NCBI GenBank assembly: GCA_016717725.1
Contig: JADKFA010000001.1
Location: forward strand, 67,219 to 131,218
Reading direction: 5' to 3'
DNA: 64,000 bases
DNA from: Bacteroidota bacterium
GTDB taxonomy: Bacteria; Bacteroidota; Bacteroidia; AKYH767-A; OLB10
Shown: piece after piece, positions 50,275-60,515 of the stretch
Layout: every line of letters begins with the position of its first letter
Position numbering within the stretch: position 1 is the first letter of the stretch
The notes under the pieces: generated by a model
Database searches by the model: none
Seen by the model: the letters and a program-made list of their open reading frames with translations, nothing else
What the model was told of the DNA's origin: nothing
Made by a program: the position numbers and the translations under genes

Positions 50275-50447
50275 TAATTCAGAATGTAGAATTCAGAATT
50301 CAGAATTGTGTCCCGATAGCTATCGGGATGTGAATTGTGAATTGTGTATCGAGTCGCGAGGCTTCGCGATAAGTATTCTGATCGCGAAGCCTCGCGACTG
50401 AATTCTTAATTCTGCATTCTTAATTCTGCATTCTTAATTCTGAATTC
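50275..50447. repeat. Nested palindromic/low-complexity repeat block (gaattca/gaattgt words, tcccgatagctatcggga, and a 19-bp inverted repeat built on tcgcgaggcttcgcga / tcgcgaagcctcgcga)
   Basis: Read directly. The outer arms (cagaattcagaatt .. aattctgaattc) are also mutually complementary. Confidence 0.65.
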
Positions 50448-50861
50448 TTAAAACGGCAAATCTCCACCTAAATCAGTATGCGGCGGTGTTGGATCGGTTG
50501 TCCCCGCGTCATTCGATCCATTTTGAGCATCGCGCTTGCTTAACATGGTCATATTTTCTGCTATAATTTCGGTGGCATAGCGCTTAATACCATCTTTCTC
50601 CCAACTTCTCGTGCGCAACTTACCTTCTATAAAAACCATATGTCCTTTACGCAGGTGTAACTTCTCAGCTGCCTCGGCAAGTCCACGCCATAAAACAATA
50701 TTATGCCATTCCGTTTGATCCTGACGATTGCCGTCTTTATTCTTAAAATACTCGGTGGTAGCCAATGGAAACTTAGCCACCATAATTCCGCCTTCCATGT
50801 GACGAAATTCGGGATCCTTACCTAAATTACCAATCAGAAATACTTTGTTTACACCAGACAT
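50448..50861 (-). CDS. ssb: single-stranded DNA-binding protein
   Basis: OB-fold N-terminus (NKVFLIGNLGKDPE) and an acidic DLPF-type tail (GGDLPF). Confidence 0.9.
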   Translation of the reverse strand: MSGVNKVFLIGNLGKDPEFRHMEGGIMVAKFPLATTEYFKNKDGNRQDQTEWHNIVLWRGLAEAAEKLHLRKGHMVFIEGKLRTRSWEKDGIKRYATEIIAENMTMLSKRDAQNGSNDAGTTDPTPPHTDLGGDLPF

Positions 50862-50926
50862 AAGAGAGAGATTTTAGTTAAACGAGATAAGACAATTCCA
50901 CTATTACTAACATCAAAGTTAATCCT

Positions 50927-51115
50927 AATTCGATAATAGAAAAATTCTATTATCGAATTGATGCAGCCCTTGATGCAGAAATCGCCCAAAAAGGCGATTA
51001 CGCATCAGGGCTAACCCTTATTCGATAATAGAAATTCTAGTGTATAATTGATGCAGAAATCATCCAAAAAGGCGATTACGCATCAGGGCAGACCGTTATT
51101 CGATGCAGAAATCGA
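50927..51115. repeat. Intergenic repeat block: a 15-bp-arm palindrome (50927-50959) plus two 42-bp direct repeats (50970-51011 and 51048-51089), each an imperfect hairpin
   Basis: aattcgataatagaa-aaa-ttctattatcgaatt; and ttgatgcagaaatc(gc/at)ccaaaaaggcgattacgcatcagggc x2. Confidence 0.65.
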
Positions 51116-51140
51116 AATAATCGTTTAGCTAATCCTTCTT

Positions 51141-52180
51141 TCAAAGACCCTCTTGCTCGAAATAATTCACAATAAGTTGCGGAAAACCAAACGTGGAAAG
51201 GTCGCTTAATTTCACTCTTAAATACCCATATTTAGAAGGTAAACATCTTGCAATTTTTACTGTCCAAAAGGTTGCGTGCAGCTCTTGATGCGATAAGATA
51301 TGCTTCCTCTTAAAGGGGGATTTGTTCAATACAGGTTGATGGAATTTTCGATTTCAGATGGAATTTCAGGTGGAAAATCAGTGGTTCAAAAGCTCTACCA
51401 AAGGAAGTTCGTATAAGCCCTGCCAAATATCCTTTTCATTTCTCCTTTTGATGTACGTGGAGATTCCATCGGTAACCAGAAAATAATGAAAATACCTTTT
51501 TCTAGAGGGTTGTTTCTTCGCTTTCACTGGATAATCCGACACCTTATTATATATTAATGCATGGCAAGCCATAGCGAAAGGGCAATCATCGCAGTTGGGG
51601 AGATGGGTTTACAAACAAGCGACCCTATTTCCATCATCGCCTGATTATGTTCCGCTGCGTGCCGACCATCCATCAACTCAAGAGCAAGCTCATTAAATGC
51701 TTTTTTACCTTGAGATGAATCGATGGGTACATCCATCCCAAAGAATCGTGATAAAAAACGGTAAACATTTCCATCCACAACGGGGTGAGGTAAATCGAAG
51801 GCAAAGCTGGCTATGGCGGATGCGGTATAATCACCAATTCCCTTTATTGATCGCAGCTTTTCAAAGTCGGAAGGAAACTCTCCATTAAAATCCCTTAGCA
51901 CTTGTTTAGCAGCAGCATGAAGATTTCGGGCTCTGGAATAATAACCCAATCCTTGCCAAAGCCGCAAAATTTGGTCTTCAGACGCCATGGCAAGGCTTTC
52001 TATGGATGGGAAATTTTCAAGAAATTTTTCATAGTACGGAAGTCCTTGATTTACACGTGTTTGCTGAAGAATAATTTCCGAAAGCCATATATTATAGGCT
52101 TCTTTTGTGCTTCTCCAAGGCAATTTTCGACCGTTTTTTCGGTACCATTGCCTTAAATTCTTAGAAAATTCCTGATCCAT
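51141..52180 (-). pseudogene. mutY: A/G-specific adenine glycosylase MutY, with about 3 frameshifts
   Basis: HhH-GPD N-terminus. The Fe-S motif CKP..NCDDCPF..C is only readable after a shift at a cccc run (~51575). The NUDIX-like C-terminus (FKRKHILSHQ) is reached after two more shifts at 51335-51380. Confidence 0.85.
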
Positions 52181-52280
52181 ATTAAATAATTAGGGCAAAA
52201 ATAGGAAGTAATATTTTGTATTTCAGCAAGAAAGCATATCTTTGCAGCCCCTTAAAAGGAATTTATAATCAATAGTAAAG

Positions 52281-52586
52281 ATGACAAAAGCAGAATTAGT
52301 AAACGAGATCTCCACAAAGACTGGGATCGAAAAGGTAGCCGTTCAGCAAACCGTAGAATCCATGATGAAAGTGATTCGCAACTCGCTGATCAATAACGAA
52401 AACGTTTATTTACGTGGATTCGGTAGTTTTATCGTTAAGAAGCGTGCAAAGAAAACGGGACGTATCATCACCAAAAACGCTACTATCATTATTCCGGAAC
52501 ATTATATCCCAGCTTTCAAGCCAGCGAAAACTTTCACTGAGCGTGTGAAATCTGCACATAAGATTAAAACGTCAACTGCTGAATAA
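52281..52586 (+). CDS. HU family DNA-binding protein
   Basis: MTKAELV start and the arm motif RGFGSF..KKRA...GR... Confidence 0.85.
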   Translation: MTKAELVNEISTKTGIEKVAVQQTVESMMKVIRNSLINNENVYLRGFGSFIVKKRAKKTGRIITKNATIIIPEHYIPAFKPAKTFTERVKSAHKIKTSTAE

Positions 52587-52592
52587 TCCTGA

Positions 52593-53429
52593 ATGAAAAG
52601 TGCACAACTGAGGAACCTCCTCATTGCCGGCACAATTCTACTTTCAGTTGCACTTTATTTTGCTCCTTCTCAAGTAAACAAGAAGGGAGCCGAACCCAAG
52701 GCCGCCACAGAAAGTACAGAGGACGAATTCAACCCGGAAGCCTTATTGCGATCGGCTAAAGCTTCGCTCGACACCAACGCTCTTCAACAGCTTGAGTTCA
52801 TCGAGAAAGCATCTGCCCAAGCAAATAATCAGGATACTGCCTTATTAGATAGTATTGGCAAAATCTGGGACAGAAACGGAATACCGGCTGCTTCCGCTAT
52901 CTGGTTTGAGCGAAAAGCACAAATAGTAAAGAGTGAGTCATCATATCTTGATGCCGCTTACCGCTATTTTGATTCTTTTCGAATGGCCAACGACAGCTCG
53001 ATTCAGTCGTTATTAGTTGGAAAAGCCATCGCCAACTATAAAAAGGTGTTAGATATAAACCCGAATAACCTGAATGCAAAAACAGACCTTGGTGCCTGTT
53101 ATGCAGATGGAACTTCGGAACCCATGAAAGGGATTATGTTATTGCGTGAAGTGATAGCCGCAGACCCCAATCATGAAATGGCCCAGTATAATTTGGGAAT
53201 GCTATCGGTGAAATCGGGGCAACTTGATAAAGCGATAGAGCGATTCCAAAAAGTATTGGAAATAAATCCGGAAAGAAGCGAAATGAACTTTTACCTCGGT
53301 CAGGTTCATCTTCAAAAAGGAGATACAGCAGCGGCAATTCAGTCGTACGAGACATTCATCAAGAATGCAAAGTATGATGTTTCCGATGTGATTAAAATGG
53401 TTCAAGCACTCAGGAAGAAAGCATCCTGA
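52593..53429 (+). CDS. tetratricopeptide repeat protein (N-terminal membrane anchor)
   Basis: Several 34-aa TPR-like units (A..Y..VL.I.P.N). Follows HU by 6 nt. Confidence 0.7.
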   Translation: MKSAQLRNLLIAGTILLSVALYFAPSQVNKKGAEPKAATESTEDEFNPEALLRSAKASLDTNALQQLEFIEKASAQANNQDTALLDSIGKIWDRNGIPAASAIWFERKAQIVKSESSYLDAAYRYFDSFRMANDSSIQSLLVGKAIANYKKVLDINPNNLNAKTDLGACYADGTSEPMKGIMLLREVIAADPNHEMAQYNLGMLSVKSGQLDKAIERFQKVLEINPERSEMNFYLGQVHLQKGDTAAAIQSYETFIKNAKYDVSDVIKMVQALRKKAS

Positions 53430-53466
53430 AAAAGAAAATAGTTAAAAACATTTAAAAAATTAAGTT

Positions 53467-53559
53467 ATGCCATCAGGTAAAAAGCGCAAACGTCATAAAA
53501 TGGCGACCCACAAACGTAAGAAGCGTCTAAGAAAAAATCGTCATAAGAAGAAGAAATAA
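53467..53559 (+). CDS. 30-aa highly basic protein, mS38 (AURKAIP1/COX24)-like / bS22-like small ribosomal protein candidate
   Basis: MPSGKKRKRHKMATHKRKKRLRKNRHKKKK. It is not in the ORF track because it is too short. This sequence type is conserved in Bacteroidota, from my recollection. Confidence 0.6.
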   Translation: MPSGKKRKRHKMATHKRKKRLRKNRHKKKK

Positions 53560-53577
53560 GCCATTTTAGGCTGATAA

Positions 53578-53615
53578 GTAGCCATTCTGCATAAAATTAT
53601 ACGGAATGGCTACTC
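53578..53615 (+). terminator. Hairpin after the mini-ORF
   Basis: agtagccattc-N16-gaatggctact has an 11-bp stem with a weak T tract (catattt). Confidence 0.4.
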
Positions 53616-53669
53616 ATATTTGCTATTTTTTATTCAGGTAGTCGGTGGACTATGCTGTTTTAAGGAATT

Positions 53670-55271
53670 TTGAAATACTCCTTAAGCAAAATAATTAGGC
53701 TTCAAGATTTGAACAGCGAACTCATTATTGATTCGTCGACTTCCGAGGTGCAAATAGCCCTTGTTGAAGACAAGCAGCTCGTAGAGTTAAATACAGAAAA
53801 GAAAGAAAAAAGCTTTTCGGTAGGTGACGTCTACTTGGGCCGCGTAAAGAAACTTATGCCTTCACTCAACGCCGCTTTTGTGGATATCGGTTATGAGAAA
53901 GATGCTTTCCTCCACTATCTCGATTTAGGTACCCAGGTACAATCCCTCATCAAGTACATGAAGAATACACAAGCCGGCAAACAAGCCGATGCCTTGCTGA
54001 ATAACTTCGAACTGGAGGCCGACATACACAAAGCCGGAAAAATTGGACAGGTAGTAACCACCAACCTCAACATCATGGTGCAGGTGGCCAAGGAACCCAT
54101 CAGCAGCAAAGGTCCGCGCATCACCGCCGAACTTTCCTTTGCTGGGCGATTTGTGGTTCTCGTTCCCTTTTCAGATGTTGTTTCCGTATCACAAAAAATT
54201 AAGAGCAGCGCCGAGAGACTCAGATTAAAACGTTTAGCGACGAGTATCAAGCCCCGCAACTTCGGAATCATTGTTCGCACCGTTGCTGAAGGAAAAAAAG
54301 TTGCCGACCTCGACAGAGATGTTCAAGATTTAACTTCGAAATGGACTGCGCTGCATGAACAATTAAAGTCGGCCACACCACCCGCAAAACTCTTGGGTGA
54401 AATTGATCGCGCTTCCACCATCTTAAGAGATTTATTGAATGCTAATTTCAATGCCATTCATGTCAATGATGTTCGTGTTGCAGAAGAAATAAAAACGTAT
54501 TTGAGAGGCATTGCTCCCGATCAAGTCGACATTGTAAAGTTGTACAAAGGCAAATTGCCCATTTTTGAAAACTTTGGCATCGACAAACAAATCAAATCGC
54601 TTTTTGGAAAAACGGTGAACATGGCGGGGGGCTCCTACCTCATCATTGAGCATACCGAAGCCATGCATGTGATTGATGTGAATAGTGGCGGCCGAAATAA
54701 AGGCGCATCCGACTCACAAGAAAACAATGCACTTCAAACAAACTTAATGGCGGCAAAAGAAATTGCACGTCAATTTAGGATGCGCGATATGGGTGGAATC
54801 ATCGTCATTGATTTCATCGACATGAAAAATACGGTGAATCGCAAAACGCTTTTCGACACCTTGCAAGCGGAGATGAAGCAAGATCGTGCGCGACACACCA
54901 TTTTACCTCCAACCAAATTTGGTCTCGTACAAATCACCCGTGAGCGTGTACGACCTGTTACCGATATCATCACGGCGGAGAAATGTCCGGCTTGTGATGG
55001 AACTGGAGAAATTAAAGCATCCCTCCTATTAATTGACGACATTGAAAATAACTTACGTTACCTCTGCGAAGAGCAAAACGAAAAAGGGTTAACCTTACAA
55101 ACGCATCCTTTCGTAGCTGCCTTTTTAAATAAAGATTTTTGGAAATTCAAATCCTTCCAATGGAAGTGGCGCAAGAAATATAAAAGCTGGGTGAAGATTG
55201 AACCCATCTCCAGCTACCATATTATGGAGTTTCATTTTTTGAATAAGCAAGGGGAAGAGATTAAGCTTTAA
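53670..55271 (+). CDS. rng: Rne/Rng family ribonuclease (RNase G/E)
   Basis: S1 domain (GDVYLGRVKKLMPSLNAAFVDIG), a catalytic core (VIDVNSG, IIVIDFIDM) and a Zn-link CPACDGTG. The true start is possibly the TTG at 53709. Confidence 0.85.
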   Translation: MKYSLSKIIRLQDLNSELIIDSSTSEVQIALVEDKQLVELNTEKKEKSFSVGDVYLGRVKKLMPSLNAAFVDIGYEKDAFLHYLDLGTQVQSLIKYMKNTQAGKQADALLNNFELEADIHKAGKIGQVVTTNLNIMVQVAKEPISSKGPRITAELSFAGRFVVLVPFSDVVSVSQKIKSSAERLRLKRLATSIKPRNFGIIVRTVAEGKKVADLDRDVQDLTSKWTALHEQLKSATPPAKLLGEIDRASTILRDLLNANFNAIHVNDVRVAEEIKTYLRGIAPDQVDIVKLYKGKLPIFENFGIDKQIKSLFGKTVNMAGGSYLIIEHTEAMHVIDVNSGGRNKGASDSQENNALQTNLMAAKEIARQFRMRDMGGIIVIDFIDMKNTVNRKTLFDTLQAEMKQDRARHTILPPTKFGLVQITRERVRPVTDIITAEKCPACDGTGEIKASLLLIDDIENNLRYLCEEQNEKGLTLQTHPFVAAFLNKDFWKFKSFQWKWRKKYKSWVKIEPISSYHIMEFHFLNKQGEEIKL

Positions 55272-55554
55272 ATCACCTTTTTCTCTTGGAAGCTTAGGCT
55301 TTCTACAATACCTATTTCTTGATATTTAATTGCTATTCGTCGAAAGTCGGGGAGCGAGTACGTATTTGTACTTAGTGGAAATTTTTTGGTGGGGATTCGA
55401 GGGTATATGGTTGTTTAAAAAGTATATTTGGGAAAGGGAAATGGCGCAAAGCCCATTCTATAGGAAGTGCTTTATAAAATAAATTTCTAGTAATAATACG
55501 TTAGCGGTCAAACTATGACAACAGTGCAAAACCAAACAACAGTAAAAAAAACGC

Positions 55555-56833
55555 ATGATGACAGAACATATTTCATTTTTATTTGGCTCTGGATTTTCAG
55601 CACCTGAAAACATTCCGACAGTTGGTGCAATCAACAAGAAGCTACGACAACTTAAAAAGGACGAATTTTATTTGGGTTCTGACCAAAGAGCATTTTTTTA
55701 TCAAACTGAATGGAGAGACCCAAATGGATGGATGACCAGTTCAACTATTGACAGATTGTTTGCACAAGAATTTATTGCCTTTTACTGCAAAGAAGTTTTA
55801 CATGACGACCTTGATGCTTTTAACTACGAAGTTTTCTATGATTATTTTAGTGAATTTCTACGATATCAAAAACACAAAGACGCAATAGGAAAGTTTTGCG
55901 AAACTTTTCGGACAACCTATATTAAGGACAGCGTTTGGGCTTCTGACGACTACAATTTTGTTTGGAGATTTAGTAAAATATTCAATCAACGTTTCTGGAC
56001 TGCTGATGGTTCCGAGATACTATGAAGATGTAAGCTATGGAAACTATCCGACTTACGACCCATTAGTTGGTTTGATGAGAGAATTACTTAAAACAAAAAT
56101 AGTAGATGTGCATACTCTCAATCATGACATATTTTTTGACTCTCTTGCAAGTAAGCATTCGGATTTGTGACAACACTTCTGTGATGGTTTTACAGAATAT
56201 GGCTCACCATATTTTGGAGAAGTTTCGTTTGACCATAAGTCCGAACTTTGGACAGTTCATAAATCGTATAAAGTAAGGTTGAGATATTTCAACAACGATT
56301 ACAGCAAGAACTTACGACTATACAAACTTCATGGCAGTATTGATAATTTTATATTGCTTAAAGCAACTTCTCCTGGCGCTACTCAATATTCAAGGGACAA
56401 CTCAGTTCGAGTAAAAAGGGACTTTGCAGTTGGAGAGTTTCTCATGGAGCGACTTGATGAAACGCTTCAAAAATATGTTTACGACAGACCATTTTCTGAA
56501 AATTATCCAGACTTCTTAACTGGAACAACAGAGAAAATCAGATTATACAACGACCCATTTTACGACAAACTCTTTTCAATATTCAAAAGCAACTTGCTTC
56601 ACTCTAATCAATTGTTTGTTATTGGTTACGGCTTTCAAGACAAAGGAATCAACGAGTTTTTAGAAAATCACTATTTGATTTTTAATAAGCCTATGATTGT
56701 AATTGACATCAAGAAACCCGACAGCCCACTTATAGAAAAATATAACGACCAAATTACTTTCATAGATAAAGGTGCCATAGGAGTTTCTTATAAAGAATAC
56801 ATGGAACTTGTAAAACTACCCCTAAAATCATAA
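55555..56833 (+). pseudogene. SIR2-like (SIR2_2 family) protein with one frameshift (~55960-56025) and one in-frame TGA (56168-56170)
   Basis: FLFGSGFS, HTLNHD, YKLHGS and FVIGYGFQD motifs in order across three ORF fragments. Confidence 0.7.
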
Positions 56834-57089
56834 CTGCATACTTGACACGACATATCCTCGGACAGAAAAAAGCACGAAACGATAACAGCACATTTGCAAT
56901 AGGGGGAGTTTCACGAGGTTACAGAAAGTTTGTATCTTCGAATAAATATTTGTGGTAAAAATCCCGCCCATCGTAAATATGCAAAACGTAATAAGCAAGC
57001 CTATCAGTCACACAACAGTAAAGCTTTAATCCGCTTCGTAGCAAAATCTTTTTCCAGTTTATGTTTACCAGTTTGTTTGCAAGTATTAC

Positions 57090-57110
57090 CTTTGACAAAT
57101 TAAGTCAAAG
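57090..57110. promoter_or_regulatory. Perfect inverted repeat ctttgac-aaattaa-gtcaaag, 16 nt upstream of the HTH gene (candidate operator)
   Basis: Read directly, at an operator-like position relative to the XRE-type regulator. Confidence 0.4.
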
Positions 57111-57125
57111 CAAATTCATTCAAAG

Positions 57126-57429
57126 ATGGACAGTTTAGGAAGCACGATAAAACAACTCAGAGAGAAACAAGAACTGCCTTTACGGACAGTAGCTGCTTTT
57201 CTTGATATTGACCAAGCAGTTCTCAGCAAAATAGAGCACGGACATCGTAAGGCAACCCGTGAACAAGTGCAACAACTTGCAAAGTATTTTAAAGCAGACG
57301 AAGATGAATTGATTGTTGCATGGTTAAGCGACAAGTTAGCTCACAGGTAAACAAGACGAAGATTTATCAAAGCAAGCATTGAAAGCAGCTGAAAAAAAGG
57401 TTGACTTTTTAAAAAAGAAAACGAAATGA
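57126..57429 (+). pseudogene. XRE-family HTH regulator (controller-like), with one frameshift near 57345
   Basis: HTH is LPLRTVAAFLDIDQAVLSKIEHG. The tail GKQDEDLSKQALKAAEKKVDFLKKKTK reads in another frame. Its stop overlaps the mod ATG (ATGA). Confidence 0.65.
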
Positions 57430-59367
57430 CAAGCGAATCATTAAACATAACAAAAGACAATTTGGACAAACTCCAAACTCTTTTCCCCGACATTTTTTCA
57501 GAGGGCAAAATTGATATGGAAAAGTTCAAAGCAACTTTTTCTGACGACATCAATTTTGCAAATGAAAGATATGTGTTGAACTGGGCTGGTAAATCCGATG
57601 CATTCAAAGTGTTGCAGATTCCGACAACCGCTACGCTGAGACCACAACCCGAACAATCCATCTACTTTGACACAACCGAAAATGTTTTTATTGAAGGAGA
57701 GAATTTAGAAGTGCTGAAAGTGTTGCAGAAAAGTTACTACAACAAAGTAAAGTGCATTATTATTGACCCGCCATACAATACAGGAAACGACAGCTTTATT
57801 TATCCAGACAGTTTCAAAGAGAGTAAAGCCGAATATGAAAAACGTATTGGCGACAAAGACGAAGAAGGATATTTAATGAAAGAAGGTTTGTTCCGAAAGA
57901 ACAGCAAAGACAGCGGACACTACCACAGCAATTGGTTAAGCATGATGTATCCCCGTTTGTTCTTGGCAAAAAATTTATTGAGAGATGAAGGAGTTATTTT
58001 CGTTCACATAGATGATAATGAAGTTCACAACCTTCGGTTATTGATGAATGAAATTTTCGGCGAGGAGAATTTTGTAGCTTCCTTTTTATGGGAAAAAAGG
58101 ACAAATAGGGAAAATCGCAAAGTAGTTTCTATAAGGCACGACTATATATTATGCTATTCAAATTGCAATGGATGTTGGAAGACCTATCAACCAAAGCTCC
58201 AATGACTGAAAAAGCATTGTCAAATTATAAGAATCCTGACAATGACCATCGAGGTTTATGGAAATCAGACCCTGCAACAGCGCAAGCAGGACACGGGACT
58301 ACCTCTCAATTTTATGAGCTGATTGCACCAAATGGAAAAGTTCATCAACTCGAAAGTGGAAGATGTTGGCTTTATACTAAAGCAGTTATGAATGAAGCTA
58401 TAAAAGATAATAGAATCTGGTTTGGTAAGGATGGGAATGGAGTGCCGCGTGTTAAAACCTATTTGGATGCAAAGGAAAGAGGATTAACACCTGAATCAAT
58501 ATTATTTGCTGAAGATGTTGGAACCACAGAATCTGCTAAAAATCAATTAAAAGAGTTGTTTAATGGTATAGCTGTTTTGAGACTCTAAATCAGTTGGGTT
58601 AATAAATAAGCTTTTTGCAGATGGGTGCAAATGAAGGTATTGTTTTAGACTTCTTTGCAGGTTCAGGAAGTACTGCCCACGCAGTAATGGATTTAAACGC
58701 ATCAGATGGCGGTAATAGAAAATACATTTGCGTTCAACTCCCTGAATTATGCGATGCAAGCAGTGAAGCTTACAAAGCAGGATATAAATCTATTGTCGAA
58801 ATAAGTAAAGAACGATTACGTAGAGCAAACAAGAAAATTCAAGAAGAAATCAACTCAGAAATCAATAAGATAGAAGCCGAAATCGTAAAACTACAAAGCG
58901 AACTCCCTACAGATGAAAACAAAGCAGAAATTGAAAGTCTGAAAAATACTATAGTTCAGTTAAAAAATCAAGATTTAGGTTTCAAAGTTTTTAAACTTTC
59001 ACCTTCTAACTTTAAAGTATGGCGAGGGGATGAAATCACTGAAGAAAATTTGGTAACTCAATTGGATGCTTTCAACAATCCGGTAAAAGCGGAAAGCAAA
59101 AATGAAAACATGCTTTACGAGCTATTGATTAAAGTAGGTTACTTAATTGCCGACAAAGTTGAGGCGAAAGAAGAATACTTTTCAATAAAAGACGGTGAAA
59201 TGATTATTGCATTGGAAGAAATGAATCCGCAAATCATTGACACCATCATAAAAGCACAACCAAAAAAGGTAATAACCCTTGACAATCTTTTCACAGGCAA
59301 CGACCAACTGAAAACAAATACAGTGTTGCAAATGAAAGATGCAGGCATTGATTTTAAAACGATTTAA
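57426..59367 (+). pseudogene. mod: Type III R-M DNA methyltransferase (Mod, beta-class N6-adenine), with about 4 frameshifts
   Basis: Motif IV IIIDPPYNTG precedes motif I VLDFFAGSGSTAHAV. The breaks are at ~58165 and three within 58565-58625. Confidence 0.85.
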
Positions 59368-59369
59368 TT

Positions 59370-60514
59370 ATGGAACAGAAAGATATTAATTACGAGTTAG
59401 ACGAGAATAAAATTGAGGAATCAGACGAAAGTCATGTTCCAATTATAGTTCCTTTTTGACCCAAACCTTATTCGTATAAGGCGTGACCCGTTTACGCTTG
59501 GAGAATTGATTGACAAGATTGAACACAATGAAGTCAACTTCTTTACGCTGTTTCAGCGAAAAGAAAATCTTTGGGATGAAACAAAGCAGAGCAGATTGAT
59601 TGAATCGGTTTTGCTGAAACTTTACCTGCATTTTATTTTGATGAGCTAATGAGGGAAGATGAAAAGACAAAAGAGAAAACCTATTATTGGCAAGTAATTG
59701 ACGGATTGCAGAGATGCAGTGTGTTGAAAAATTATGCAGTAAAAAAAACAATGGTACTAGATGACTTGGAATTTCTGACACAGTTTAATGGGAAAAACTA
59801 TGAATCACTTCCGAGAGAACTAAAAAGGAGAATTACTCAAACTCCAATTACTGTTTATGTTGTAGAGAAAGGTACTCCCGAAGAAGTAAAGTTCAACATC
59901 TTCAAACGAATCAATACAGGTGGTTTGATTTTAACGCCACAGGAAATCCGTCATGCTTTAAATCAAGGTGTGGCTTCTGAATTTGTTGCCACACTTGCAG
60001 ACCATGAAGATTTCAAGGAAGCAACATCATGGATAATTAAGACTGACAGAATGGAGGATAGGGATTTCGTTACAAGGTTTGTTTCATTTTACATTACCCC
60101 CTACACAGAATATCAACCCGACTTAGATACTTTCATGACGAAAGGAATGGGATTAATAAAAACTCTTTCAGATAAAAAAGAGAAGAAATGAAAACTAATT
60201 TTATCAAAGCCATGAATACAGCCATTACAATTTTTGGTGATGATGCTTTTAGAAAAAGAAGAGCAAGAGAAGACAGAAGAAAGCCAATCAACAAAGCATT
60301 GTTTGAAACACTGTCAGTAGCTTTCAGCAAACTAAGTGATGAAGAAACAGAAACTTTGATTGAGAACAAAGAATATTTTAAAGACAAATTTATTGAATTG
60401 CATAACGAACTGATTTTTTACAACTCGCTTGCATCTGGAACTGGATTGAAGCCAAGTGTTACAAAACGATTCAGCGAAATAAACAGAATAACAAACGAAA
60501 CAATTTTAAATTAA
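59370..60514 (+). pseudogene. DUF262 (ParB/GmrSD N-terminal-like) domain protein, with at least 3 frameshifts
   Basis: FQRKENLWDETKQSRLIESVLL, VIDGLQRCSVL and FKRINTGGLILTPQEIRHAL. It starts 2 nt after the mod stop. No DUF1524/HNH tail was seen. Confidence 0.8.
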
Positions 60515-60515
60515 G

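Noticed and set aside
55272-55554. I looked for a tRNA, integrase or direct-repeat att site marking the left boundary of the defence island.
   Set aside because: No cloverleaf-like sequence (T-loop GTTCGAATC type) or recombinase ORF was found by eye. The right boundary is outside the window, so mobility of the island cannot be supported.
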